A DNA stretch of 64,000 bases from contig JBGSPE010000005.1 in NCBI GenBank assembly GCA_041738755.1, positions 79,872 through 143,871 on the forward strand, given 5' to 3'. Of this stretch, positions 41,022 to 49,401 are shown in pieces. Under the pieces are notes generated by a model that saw nothing but the letters and a program-made list of their open reading frames with translations, made no database searches and was not told the origin of the DNA. Source of the stretch: Minisyncoccia bacterium. Its GTDB lineage: Bacteria > Patescibacteriota > Minisyncoccia > Phycocordibacterales > UBA918. Position 1 is the stretch's first letter. Every line of letters starts with the position of its first letter. The position numbers were made by a program, and so were the translations under genes.

Positions 41022-42236
41022 ATGAGAATACAAGATCTAGCCCAGCTTTCAACCAGAATGTTTAAAACGAATCCACTCCGTACGTGGCTGACAATTTTAG
41101 GTATGGGAGTAGGTACAGGGGCGGTGGTGGTTTTGGTGGGGCTAGGGTTTGGCTTGCAGCAGATTATTCTTGAACAGATTGTGTTTGGAGAAACACTGCT
41201 TTCTTTGGGAGTTTCTTCAACTGGAGCGCAAGGTCTCTCACTGACGCCTGATACGGTTACCCAGTTTGAAAGTAATCCGGCGGTTCTTGATGCTGCGCCG
41301 CTCGCTCGCTTCCCAGCACTTATAACCTATAAGGGATTAACGGGAAATGTATTCGTACAGGGGGTTGAGCCGCCCTACCTACGGTACGCAGGAGTGACAG
41401 CTGAAGTTGGAGAGGTCTTCTTGGAAGAGGATGCTGGTGATACTAGTAGCATTATGTTGTCGCCAGCCGTTCTTAAGCTGTTCGGGATTGAGGATACAGA
41501 AATTGCAAATTTTATTGGAGAGCGCGTTTCGATTCGTCTGCTTGTACCGGCTGATGATGGAACAGAAAATGTTAACGAGATTATTATTGATAAAGAATAC
41601 ACCGTAAAGGGAGTCACCAAAGAACAAGGGGTGTTAAACGCCATGATGATGCTTCCAGAATTACGTAATTACGTTGGTATTGAAGAATACGAACGAATTC
41701 AAGTACGGGTTGATACCAATGAAAACTTGCCGCTCGTTGAAGAGCAGTTAATTGAAGAAGGCTATCGTGTGACGGCGCTTTCAAAGACGGTTGAACAAGC
41801 ATCACAAATTTTCCAAGGAATTCAGGCCGTGCTGGCGACGTTTGGCGGTATAGCGTTACTCGTATCTGCGATTGGTATGTTCAACACCATGACTGTGACA
41901 TTGCTTGAGCGAACGAAAGAGATTGGAATTATGCGTACCATTGGTGCGTCACCAAACGACGTTAAGTACCTCTTCGTATCTGAGTCAGTAGTTGTAGGGT
42001 TTATGGGGGGAGTGACTGGTATCGCTATGGGGGTCACCTTTGGAGTAGCGATAAATATTTTCCTCAACGTGCTGGCTGGGCAGTTTGGTGGACAGGCAGT
42101 ATCACTCTTTTCATTTCCCCTTAACTTTTTGCTCTTCATCGCAATCTTTTCGGCTGGGGTAGGGTACCTGACGGGTATTTTTCCAGCCAGACGAGCTTCA
42201 ACCCTCAATCCACTTGATGCGATTAGGTATGAATAA
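41022..42236 (+). CDS. ABC transporter permease, MacB/FtsX family
   Basis: RTWLTILGMGVG; large extracytoplasmic loop; NTMTVTLLERTKEIGIMRTIGA; PARRASTLNPLDAIRYE. Confidence 0.92.
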   Translation: MRIQDLAQLSTRMFKTNPLRTWLTILGMGVGTGAVVVLVGLGFGLQQIILEQIVFGETLLSLGVSSTGAQGLSLTPDTVTQFESNPAVLDAAPLARFPALITYKGLTGNVFVQGVEPPYLRYAGVTAEVGEVFLEEDAGDTSSIMLSPAVLKLFGIEDTEIANFIGERVSIRLLVPADDGTENVNEIIIDKEYTVKGVTKEQGVLNAMMMLPELRNYVGIEEYERIQVRVDTNENLPLVEEQLIEEGYRVTALSKTVEQASQIFQGIQAVLATFGGIALLVSAIGMFNTMTVTLLERTKEIGIMRTIGASPNDVKYLFVSESVVVGFMGGVTGIAMGVTFGVAINIFLNVLAGQFGGQAVSLFSFPLNFLLFIAIFSAGVGYLTGIFPARRASTLNPLDAIRYE

Positions 42237-42325
42237 GATGTGTATATGTGTGTATAACTATGTGCATATACGAAACGTTTTTAGGTAAAATAGTAGTAAA
42301 CAAAAGTTATTTATAAATTATTATT

Positions 42326-44206
42326 ATGTTGTACAACAAAACGGAGCTTCCAAATTTAATGAACACTGCAGGAAAGATAACCATTACTACCGCTATAGCC
42401 GGCGTTGTCGTGTTTGCCTTTGCTCTTATGTTTGACGTCGGTACTACCGAACTGAGTCGAGTATCAGCTCAAACAGCGTCTACTACACTGACGGTGCTCA
42501 ATACACCTCCAGCATTTGTGGTGAATGCCTATGAGGTAATTGAGTCATCAACCACCACTCCAACCAACTCCGGTGACGTCGTTCAGTGGGCAGCTGTAGC
42601 AAACGATAGTAACGGTGCCCCATACTTCCTCCTTGTCTGTGACACCAACGCGACACCAACCGCTCGAGCTGCTGCTGATATCGGTTCACTTGGGACAAAC
42701 CCTCCAGTTTGTAGTTCAACTAGTACCGTACAGTGGGGTGTGTCAGCCGCTACTCCAAGCGATGCCTTGGCGACAGTTTCAACTACCACAACCGAGGGCT
42801 TTGCTGAGTCCAACAACTGGTACGCCTGGGTATGTGACGATGATCCTTTCAATCCGCGATGTAATAACATTCCCGTTCAAGGCTTCAGTGCCACCAACTC
42901 CTCTCCGTTTTATGTAAACCACCGACCAGTATTCTCTGCCTTTGGGAACAACGGTCCAGTTGACCCGGGAGGAACTCTCACCTTCACTTCGACTTCATCA
43001 GATCCGGACGTAGTGACTAGCCCCGACACCATCAGACTAGTCGTGTGTTCATCACCAACTGAATACAACATCACTACCAATAACTGTAACTCTGGATTTG
43101 GTATTGCTTCAAGCACCGTCGGCGTAACTACCGACGCCTCAGCCCAAGCGGTTATGGCGGCTATCATGCAAGACGATGACTACCCAGCCTACGGATTTAT
43201 TGTTGACCAACACGGACATGAAGCTGCAGCCAACGGAATTAATGAAGATTTCACCGTAAACAACGTCGCGCCAGTGGTACTTGGTGGTGACATCATTCTC
43301 AACGATGTTGATGATTTACTGCTAACTGTAGAAGGTGGTGAGACTACTGGATTCACACTAGAGTTCACCGTCACCGATGCAAACAGTTGTCAAAACGCTC
43401 TGGGTGGAGCTGAAATTACTGGTTATGCTGCCTCAGTGTTCCGTAGCAGTATTGGAAGTAGTACCTGCAATGGTCTAACTGGAGTCTATAATCCAAACAA
43501 CTGTTACCCAAGTAACGCTGCTACTACAACTTGGAACCTCTCATGTACACCATCTGCCTGTGGCGGTCCTACGACTAATAACATTGAGTACTCATGTACC
43601 TTCCCACTGTGGTTTGTGGCTGACCCGACTGACGAAGCAAACACTGATATTCCTGCAATTCTCGGTAATGATAGTTGGTCAGCTGCAGTTGGAGGGATTG
43701 ACGATAACGCCTTGATCGGAGTCATCGCTACCTCAACCGGTGTCAAAAACCTCATCAGTTTGACGGCCCTCGACCTTCTTTCTGCTGAAATTCCCTACGG
43801 CTCACTTGAACCTGGCGAAAACACTGGGACACTTGATGCAACTACTATCGTTCGTTCGGTAGGAAACACTGGTCTTGACCAAGAGTTGCGAGGAACGTCT
43901 ATGTGTGGAGGATTTACTGTACTTGTACCTTGTGCTCCAAACCCTGCAGCAACCATTCCTGAAGACCAACAACAGTTCTCAACTACAAGTCTGGCCTACA
44001 ATAGTCCACTTGCCTTATCACTTTCTTCAACAACAGATACTGAGCTTGAGTTAAACGTTGCTAAGTCAATCAGTACCTCAACACCGAACTCAGGTACTAC
44101 CTACTGGGGAATCGAGGTACCACTTTCTATCACGCTCGCCGGGGCATACTCTGGACTTAACACGTTCACTGCGGTGACAGCTGAAGCGGCTGACTGGGGT
44201 TACTAG
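42326..44206 (+). CDS. Secreted Cys-rich protein with C-terminal WxL/pilin-like domain (subtype B); putative shaft/minor subunit
   Basis: Last ~300 aa align with the end of the 7696-aa protein (TVTD.N, VFR..G..C, NNCY, ADPTD, I.YG.L, GN, IP..QQ.F, YWGI..P, G.N.FT). Confidence 0.7.
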   Translation: MLYNKTELPNLMNTAGKITITTAIAGVVVFAFALMFDVGTTELSRVSAQTASTTLTVLNTPPAFVVNAYEVIESSTTTPTNSGDVVQWAAVANDSNGAPYFLLVCDTNATPTARAAADIGSLGTNPPVCSSTSTVQWGVSAATPSDALATVSTTTTEGFAESNNWYAWVCDDDPFNPRCNNIPVQGFSATNSSPFYVNHRPVFSAFGNNGPVDPGGTLTFTSTSSDPDVVTSPDTIRLVVCSSPTEYNITTNNCNSGFGIASSTVGVTTDASAQAVMAAIMQDDDYPAYGFIVDQHGHEAAANGINEDFTVNNVAPVVLGGDIILNDVDDLLLTVEGGETTGFTLEFTVTDANSCQNALGGAEITGYAASVFRSSIGSSTCNGLTGVYNPNNCYPSNAATTTWNLSCTPSACGGPTTNNIEYSCTFPLWFVADPTDEANTDIPAILGNDSWSAAVGGIDDNALIGVIATSTGVKNLISLTALDLLSAEIPYGSLEPGENTGTLDATTIVRSVGNTGLDQELRGTSMCGGFTVLVPCAPNPAATIPEDQQQFSTTSLAYNSPLALSLSSTTDTELELNVAKSISTSTPNSGTTYWGIEVPLSITLAGAYSGLNTFTAVTAEAADWGY

Positions 44207-44238
44207 AAGAACATATATTAGGACACATAAATAGTCGA

Positions 44239-44277
44239 CAATAACCACTGTTATCCAGCAGTGGTTATTGATTTTTT
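44239..44277 (+). terminator. Intrinsic terminator
   Basis: caataaccactgtt-atcc-agcagtggttattg followed by a T-run. Confidence 0.8.
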
Positions 44278-44298
44278 AGACTAAGTTACGGATAATTA

Positions 44299-45264
44299 GT
44301 GAACGTCTCCATGGGGGTATTTTTATACAAATCATTACTGGGAGTATTGCTAGTCGCGGTCTTTTTTATAAGCACTGGTGCTCAGTTTGTGCATGCTGGT
44401 TTTGGTATTACACCACCCTATGTGAGTAACACGAGTCTCACCAGGAACTCTATCTATGAGCAGCAAATCCTGCTTGTGCGTGGTGATCCTAATACGGCGC
44501 AAAATGCTGAAATTGTGGTTGATGCGCCTGAGATTGCTTCATGGATTGAAGTCATTGAAGGTGACGTTATCAGTCTTCCTCGCGGTGAACAAAAGGTTCC
44601 TATGACGGTACGGGTTACGGTACCAGCTGATGCTGAGTTCAAGACGTACCAAGGTTCTATTCGAATTCGAACGGTACCCGAAAGTGGTGAGGTAACTCAA
44701 GGAGCCGTAAATATTTCCCTAGGAGCCCTCGTCGATATTGATTTGACTGTTATTGATAGAGAAATTAAAGACTTTAGATTACGACGGGTATCTGTGGATG
44801 AACTAAATGAGGGAACGAAATTCTTGTGGTTGTTTTTCCCAGGAAAAGTTCGCTTTGATATGGCTGTAGAAAATATTGGAAACGTTGATGTTGCCCCATC
44901 AAAAGTTGACCTCAGAATCTATGATAGATCAGGAAAAGTATTGCTCGAAGAAACAGATAATATTGGGAGAGTAAAACGCATTAAACCGTACGCAACTGAA
45001 ACCGTCACTGCCAACATTCCAACCAGACTACCAGCAGGGAGTTACATTGCTCGTTACCGAGTTTACAATGATGATGAAGTCAAACAAGAAGGTGACTTGA
45101 GTATGAATATCCGTCCAGCTGGTACGCTTGAAACCGCTGGCTTTGGGTTCATTGGTTTATCAATGGCGCACAAAATATCAATCCTTCTCCCAATCTTCTC
45201 TCTTATAATTGCCGGACTGTACCTCTATCGTTCTCTACGGTCTAAACGACGACGAGGTTCTTAG
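44299..45264 (+). CDS. DUF916-like chaperone-type protein with C-terminal TM
   Basis: FGITPPY; SWI....I.LP.GE...V..TVP.DA....Y.G.I; ENIGNV..AP; TM plus basic tail. Confidence 0.7.
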   Translation: MNVSMGVFLYKSLLGVLLVAVFFISTGAQFVHAGFGITPPYVSNTSLTRNSIYEQQILLVRGDPNTAQNAEIVVDAPEIASWIEVIEGDVISLPRGEQKVPMTVRVTVPADAEFKTYQGSIRIRTVPESGEVTQGAVNISLGALVDIDLTVIDREIKDFRLRRVSVDELNEGTKFLWLFFPGKVRFDMAVENIGNVDVAPSKVDLRIYDRSGKVLLEETDNIGRVKRIKPYATETVTANIPTRLPAGSYIARYRVYNDDEVKQEGDLSMNIRPAGTLETAGFGFIGLSMAHKISILLPIFSLIIAGLYLYRSLRSKRRRGS

Positions 45265-45267
45265 TCT

Positions 45268-46371
45268 ATGCCCTTATTACTAATCATTGTACTTTTAGGC
45301 GCAACGGCTGTATTTCCTTCGACACTCACTGCACAGTCATTTGCGACCACTACGTTGAGCCTCAGTATCTGCGGTAACTTAATTGTAGATGATGGCGAGC
45401 AGTGTGATATTCCGGGTGAGACGGGTCAGTACAGTCAAACCATTGTCGGTCGACAATGCACCGCCGAATGTAACTTTGGACCGTATTGTGGTGATGGTAT
45501 TTTACAGACTGTCTTTGGCGAGACGTGTGATGATGGTAACAACGAAAACGGTGACTTCTGTTCCGCTATCTGTGCTATAGAGCCAGCTGGTTCCGGTGGT
45601 GGAGGGTCTTCCGGCGGAGGGTCTGGCGGCGGTGGAGGGAGTAATCGTGAGCAAGGTGAGACTCAGGTAAATATCCGCGGTCGTGCCTATCCATCAAGAA
45701 CAATAAACTTTTTACTTGATTCTGAATCGGTTGGTTCGGTTCAATCAAATAGTACAGGAGCTTTTGAATTCACTACTGAAGCTTCGCCTGGTACAGCAAC
45801 CCTCGGAATTTGGGCAAATGACAGTTCTGGTACCCGCTCTATCACGTTGAATAACACCTTCGATGTAACCCAAGGAGCAATCACTAATATTAATGGTGTC
45901 GTACTGCCGCCAACGATTAGAATCGCTAATCAAAATGTTGATCCTGGGACACCGGTGATTGTCTCTGGGCAATCAGTTCCAAATGCTACCGTTGAATTAA
46001 ACGTTGACAATAGTGCAATCATTGAGACAACCACGGCCGGAGCCAACGGACAGTGGAGTATTACCTTGGCTGGCGGTCGTTTGTCAGTAGCAGCCCACAC
46101 CTTACGAGCGCGTACCATAACCGGCACAGCTCCGACTACGATACAATCGAGTTTTAGTAATTCACTACAGGTGTTTGTTGGTGTTGATGGTCAAGCTAGT
46201 ACACCGTCTGACTTGAGTCGTGATGGTCGGGTAAATCTTACCGACTTCTCAATACTTATTTTTTGGTGGCAGACAAATGGAGGAGATTCTGACCCGCCGG
46301 CTGATATCAATGGCAACGGAAGAGTTAGTCTCGAAGACTTCTCGATCCTTTTGTTTAATTGGTCGGGTTAA
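45268..46371 (+). CDS. Secreted protein with Myxococcus Cys-rich (DUF4215-like) repeats, Gly linker, Ig-like domains and C-terminal dockerin
   Basis: CGNLIVD.GEQCD and CGDGILQ...GETCDDGN..NGD.CS..C..E; dockerin DLSRDGRVNLTDFSIL / DINGNGRVSLEDFSIL; C-terminal half paralogous to 10864. Confidence 0.85.
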   Translation: MPLLLIIVLLGATAVFPSTLTAQSFATTTLSLSICGNLIVDDGEQCDIPGETGQYSQTIVGRQCTAECNFGPYCGDGILQTVFGETCDDGNNENGDFCSAICAIEPAGSGGGGSSGGGSGGGGGSNREQGETQVNIRGRAYPSRTINFLLDSESVGSVQSNSTGAFEFTTEASPGTATLGIWANDSSGTRSITLNNTFDVTQGAITNINGVVLPPTIRIANQNVDPGTPVIVSGQSVPNATVELNVDNSAIIETTTAGANGQWSITLAGGRLSVAAHTLRARTITGTAPTTIQSSFSNSLQVFVGVDGQASTPSDLSRDGRVNLTDFSILIFWWQTNGGDSDPPADINGNGRVSLEDFSILLFNWSG

Positions 46372-46595
46372 AATTTGTATTTTTAGTCATGATTTAGTTC
46401 TCGGTTCCAGGAATCTACTTTAGGAAAGAAGCAGATTCGGAACTGACCTAGATTTAAAAAGCATTTGCGATTATTAAATCGGAAATGCCCTTGTGGTGAA
46501 ATTCAGAATACCCCAGGGTACTTTCTCTTGATTTCCTCGAAATCAATTCACCTTGTAGTCGTTTTTCTCCTACTCACATTTAAATTGGTCAGGAT

Positions 46596-46623
46596 AAATC
46601 ATCGCCGCTGCGATGATTTTTGT
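46596..46623 (+). terminator. Intrinsic terminator candidate
   Basis: aaatcatcgc-cgct-gcgatgattt followed by T-rich sequence. Confidence 0.6.
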
Positions 46624-46668
46624 GTATAAGTGTAAAATTATTTTTTTGTACTCGAGTACAATGAATAC

Positions 46669-46850
46669 GTATCTGCACGGGAGGTAATCAATTAGTATTA
46701 CTGCAGTTGAGTTATATCAGCTGGGCCCTTCAGCCGAGGGTTACTGCGCAGATGTACTTACAGAATATTTCAAATGAGGGAGTGGAGACCCTCTTTTGTA
46801 CGAAGTAATTCGTCCGTCACAGTCTTCGGGCTTCTACGGTCTGTAAGGTA
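46669..46850 (+). ncRNA. Candidate structured cis-regulatory RNA (two multi-way junctions) in the 5' leader of 46865
   Basis: Nested stems with c(UUCG)g and GUAA tetraloops, downstream of TACAAT 46657-46662; no Rfam family recognised. Confidence 0.55.
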
Positions 46851-46864
46851 ATACAACGTAGAGT

Positions 46865-48022
46865 ATGTTTAGAGCGTCCAACGCGTTCTCACTACTCCAA
46901 GCTCTCGCAGCGATTGTTGGCTTCGCGATCATTTTATGGTCACTTGGTCTTCCATCACTCCGCTTCGCGGAAGCTGCAAATGTCATCTCGTTTAGCGACA
47001 CCCTATCGGACGCAAATCCGAATACGGCCGCTAATCACACAATTTCTTTCGCAACCCCTTCTGGTCTCAGTGCTGGTGATACTATCACCATCAACTTTGA
47101 AGCAGGAGAGTTCGGAGGACTAGATAGTCTCGACGACGGAGACTTTGACCTCGCAATCGATGGTGTCGATCAAGATCTAGCAGGTGCTGCTGCCGGGGCA
47201 ACCTGGGGCGTTACAGCTGCTGGAGATGTTGTCACTATTGAAAGCGGTACCGAAGCAATTGGGAGCGGTGCTACCGTCACTATTGAAATTGGTACCAACG
47301 CAACGCATCAGTCAAATGGTGTAAACCAAATCATTAACCCACTTACCCCTACGTCATATTCACTTGACTTAGTATTTGGTAACGACGGTACAAATAATGA
47401 TACAGGCAGCACTTTGGTTGCTATCGTTGACGATGTTACGGTCACTGCTTCAGTTGATACTATCTTCTCGTTCACTGTTGATGGAGTTGTAGCTACCACA
47501 TCGGTTAATACAGCTGACACAACAGGTGGCGATACCACTGCAACCACAATTCCATTTGGAACTTTGGAAGCAGATACCGCGAGCACTGCTGCGCAGGCAC
47601 TACAAGTACAAACAAATGCCGCCAACGGCTTTGTGGTTACCGTAGAAACTAACCAGCAACTAACTTCTGGTAACGGTGCGGATATTGATGGCTTCTCTAA
47701 CGGAGCCTTCACTGGCACACCGATATTGTGGGAAAGTCCAACAGCATCGCCTGGATCAGAAAATTCATACGGTCACTGGGGCCTATCATCAACTGATACC
47801 TCGCTGACAGATGGATTGAATGACTTCTTTGACGGTGGTGACAATTTTGTCTCTGCTTCAACTACACCAGTTGAAGTCTTCCGACATGATGGTCCAACTG
47901 ATGGTTCACCTGCGAATGAAGGTAATACCACAGTAATCTACAAGGTCGAAATCTCTGCTTTGCAAGAAGCAGCGAGCGACTACACCGCTACACTGACATA
48001 TGTAGCAACCCCAGTGTTCTAA
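46865..48022 (+). CDS. Secreted two-domain protein with C-terminal WxL/pilin-like domain (subtype A); putative fibre shaft subunit, paralog of 8096
   Basis: Signal peptide (AEA/A); SDTLSD...NHTI.F; VTVTASVD; IPFGTL; QVQTNAANGF; YGHWG; ends DYTATLTYVATPVF. Confidence 0.7.
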   Translation: MFRASNAFSLLQALAAIVGFAIILWSLGLPSLRFAEAANVISFSDTLSDANPNTAANHTISFATPSGLSAGDTITINFEAGEFGGLDSLDDGDFDLAIDGVDQDLAGAAAGATWGVTAAGDVVTIESGTEAIGSGATVTIEIGTNATHQSNGVNQIINPLTPTSYSLDLVFGNDGTNNDTGSTLVAIVDDVTVTASVDTIFSFTVDGVVATTSVNTADTTGGDTTATTIPFGTLEADTASTAAQALQVQTNAANGFVVTVETNQQLTSGNGADIDGFSNGAFTGTPILWESPTASPGSENSYGHWGLSSTDTSLTDGLNDFFDGGDNFVSASTTPVEVFRHDGPTDGSPANEGNTTVIYKVEISALQEAASDYTATLTYVATPVF

Positions 48023-48055
48023 CGAATATTGGCTCTAAGCTTGGAGTTAAAAGAC

Positions 48056-48091
48056 AAAAAACCCTATCTCCCACCACGAGAAGGGTTTTTT
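48056..48091 (+). terminator. Intrinsic terminator candidate
   Basis: aaaaaaccct...agggtttttt after the 46865 stop. Confidence 0.6.
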
Positions 48092-48295
48092 GTATGTCGG
48101 ACGCCCAACATACAAGACCCTTCAGTCGTGGCGGGCCGGTCTACGACCGCTGTACACCTTGTCGCTGATTTATTCGCAAGCTCTTAAATCACCTGGCAAG
48201 GTGAAGGTGAATTTTTCTAAAAGAAAAAGAGAGGCTGCCCTGGGGTACTTGCGAAAATCTCCCAGATTTTCTCACGAGAAGGGTTTTTTGTATGT
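48075..48295. repeat. 23-bp direct repeat pair flanking a 175-bp hairpin-rich segment
   Basis: cacgagaagggttttttgtatgt at 48075-48097 and 48273-48295. Confidence 0.8.
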
Positions 48296-48342
48296 GAACA
48301 GCTTGCGTAAAAAGTATTACTGAACACTGGTATACTAAGCGG

Positions 48343-49401
48343 ATGATGAGTTATAAAACGGCTATTTTTGCTGTTACCCTGGTAGGTAATTTTTTGCTGT
48401 TCACAACTTCAGCGTCAGCCGCATCACTCTATATCGACCCTGCGGTGTCAAACGTGCTTCGTGGTGACACTATTAATCTCTTGGTGAGACTAGACACCGA
48501 TGAAGCTGCCGGTGAATGTGTAAATGCTGTTGATGGGGTCATAACCTACTCTGAAAACGTTGACCTCGTAGATGTCTCAACCGGAGATTCTATTTTTAGT
48601 ATTTGGATTGAACAACCCGTTATTGATAAAGCCAACCGTACGGTCACGTTCGCTGGCGGAATTCCTAATGGCTACTGCGGACGTGTTGATGGTGACCCGA
48701 GACTCACCAATACCATTATCAAGATGGTGTTCCGTTCACCGGGTTTTAGTATTGGCGGCGGTGATACGGGGACTACTGCCCGAGTTGATTTTGATCCGGC
48801 AACAACTGCATATTTAAATGATGGTCAAGGTACGACTGCCACACTAACTACGTACGGGGCACAAATCGAACTCGCTACAGGTCCGGGATTACAGATTGAT
48901 GACAAATGGCGAGATGAAGTCGCGGCTGATACCGTTCCACCGGCACAATTCAGTATTGCGCTTGAGAAGGACAGAGTCGCCTTTGGGGGTAAATACTTTA
49001 TCGTCTTTAATACTACTGACAAACAAACTGGTATTGATCAATATCAGGTTATTGAAGAACCACTCTCAAAATTAGGCTCATTTGAGTGGGGGAGAGCAGA
49101 CGCACCATGGGTAACAACTCGTAGTCCGTACGTACTTGAGGATCAGTCGCTCAACAGCATTATTCGGGTGAAAGCAATTGATAAGGCGGGTAATGAATAC
49201 ATCGCAACCTTGATACCTGATGAGTCACTCCAGTCTTACTCGTTGACACAGATTATTGTCTTCGGCGCAGCGGTGGTAATTGGGTTGTTACTGCTTGGAA
49301 TTGCCGTTACCTTTGTACGGAATCTGCGACGTCGCAAAAAAGCCAGTCCTGAACAATTGACAGACGATGACACTAATGAAATACATCATGAAAATAACTA
49401 A
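48343..49401 (+). CDS. Membrane-anchored cohesin-domain protein
   Basis: ASLYIDP...GDTI...VNAVDGVITY...GDSIFSIW...VTFAGGIPNG...YLNDGQGT; Ig domain D..PP...VKAIDKAGN; TM then RRRKK. Confidence 0.8.
   Translation: MMSYKTAIFAVTLVGNFLLFTTSASAASLYIDPAVSNVLRGDTINLLVRLDTDEAAGECVNAVDGVITYSENVDLVDVSTGDSIFSIWIEQPVIDKANRTVTFAGGIPNGYCGRVDGDPRLTNTIIKMVFRSPGFSIGGGDTGTTARVDFDPATTAYLNDGQGTTATLTTYGAQIELATGPGLQIDDKWRDEVAADTVPPAQFSIALEKDRVAFGGKYFIVFNTTDKQTGIDQYQVIEEPLSKLGSFEWGRADAPWVTTRSPYVLEDQSLNSIIRVKAIDKAGNEYIATLIPDESLQSYSLTQIIVFGAAVVIGLLLLGIAVTFVRNLRRRKKASPEQLTDDDTNEIHHENN

Noticed and set aside
46669-46760. tRNA or a known riboswitch in the multi-stem leader
   Set aside because: Lacks the TTCGA T-loop, D-loop GG and CCA; no conserved core of TPP, SAM, FMN, cobalamin or c-di-GMP riboswitches recognised
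48090-48323. 77-aa ORF between 46865 and 48343
   Set aside because: TTG start inside a terminator T-run, spanning the repeat/hairpin segment; composition is not protein-like
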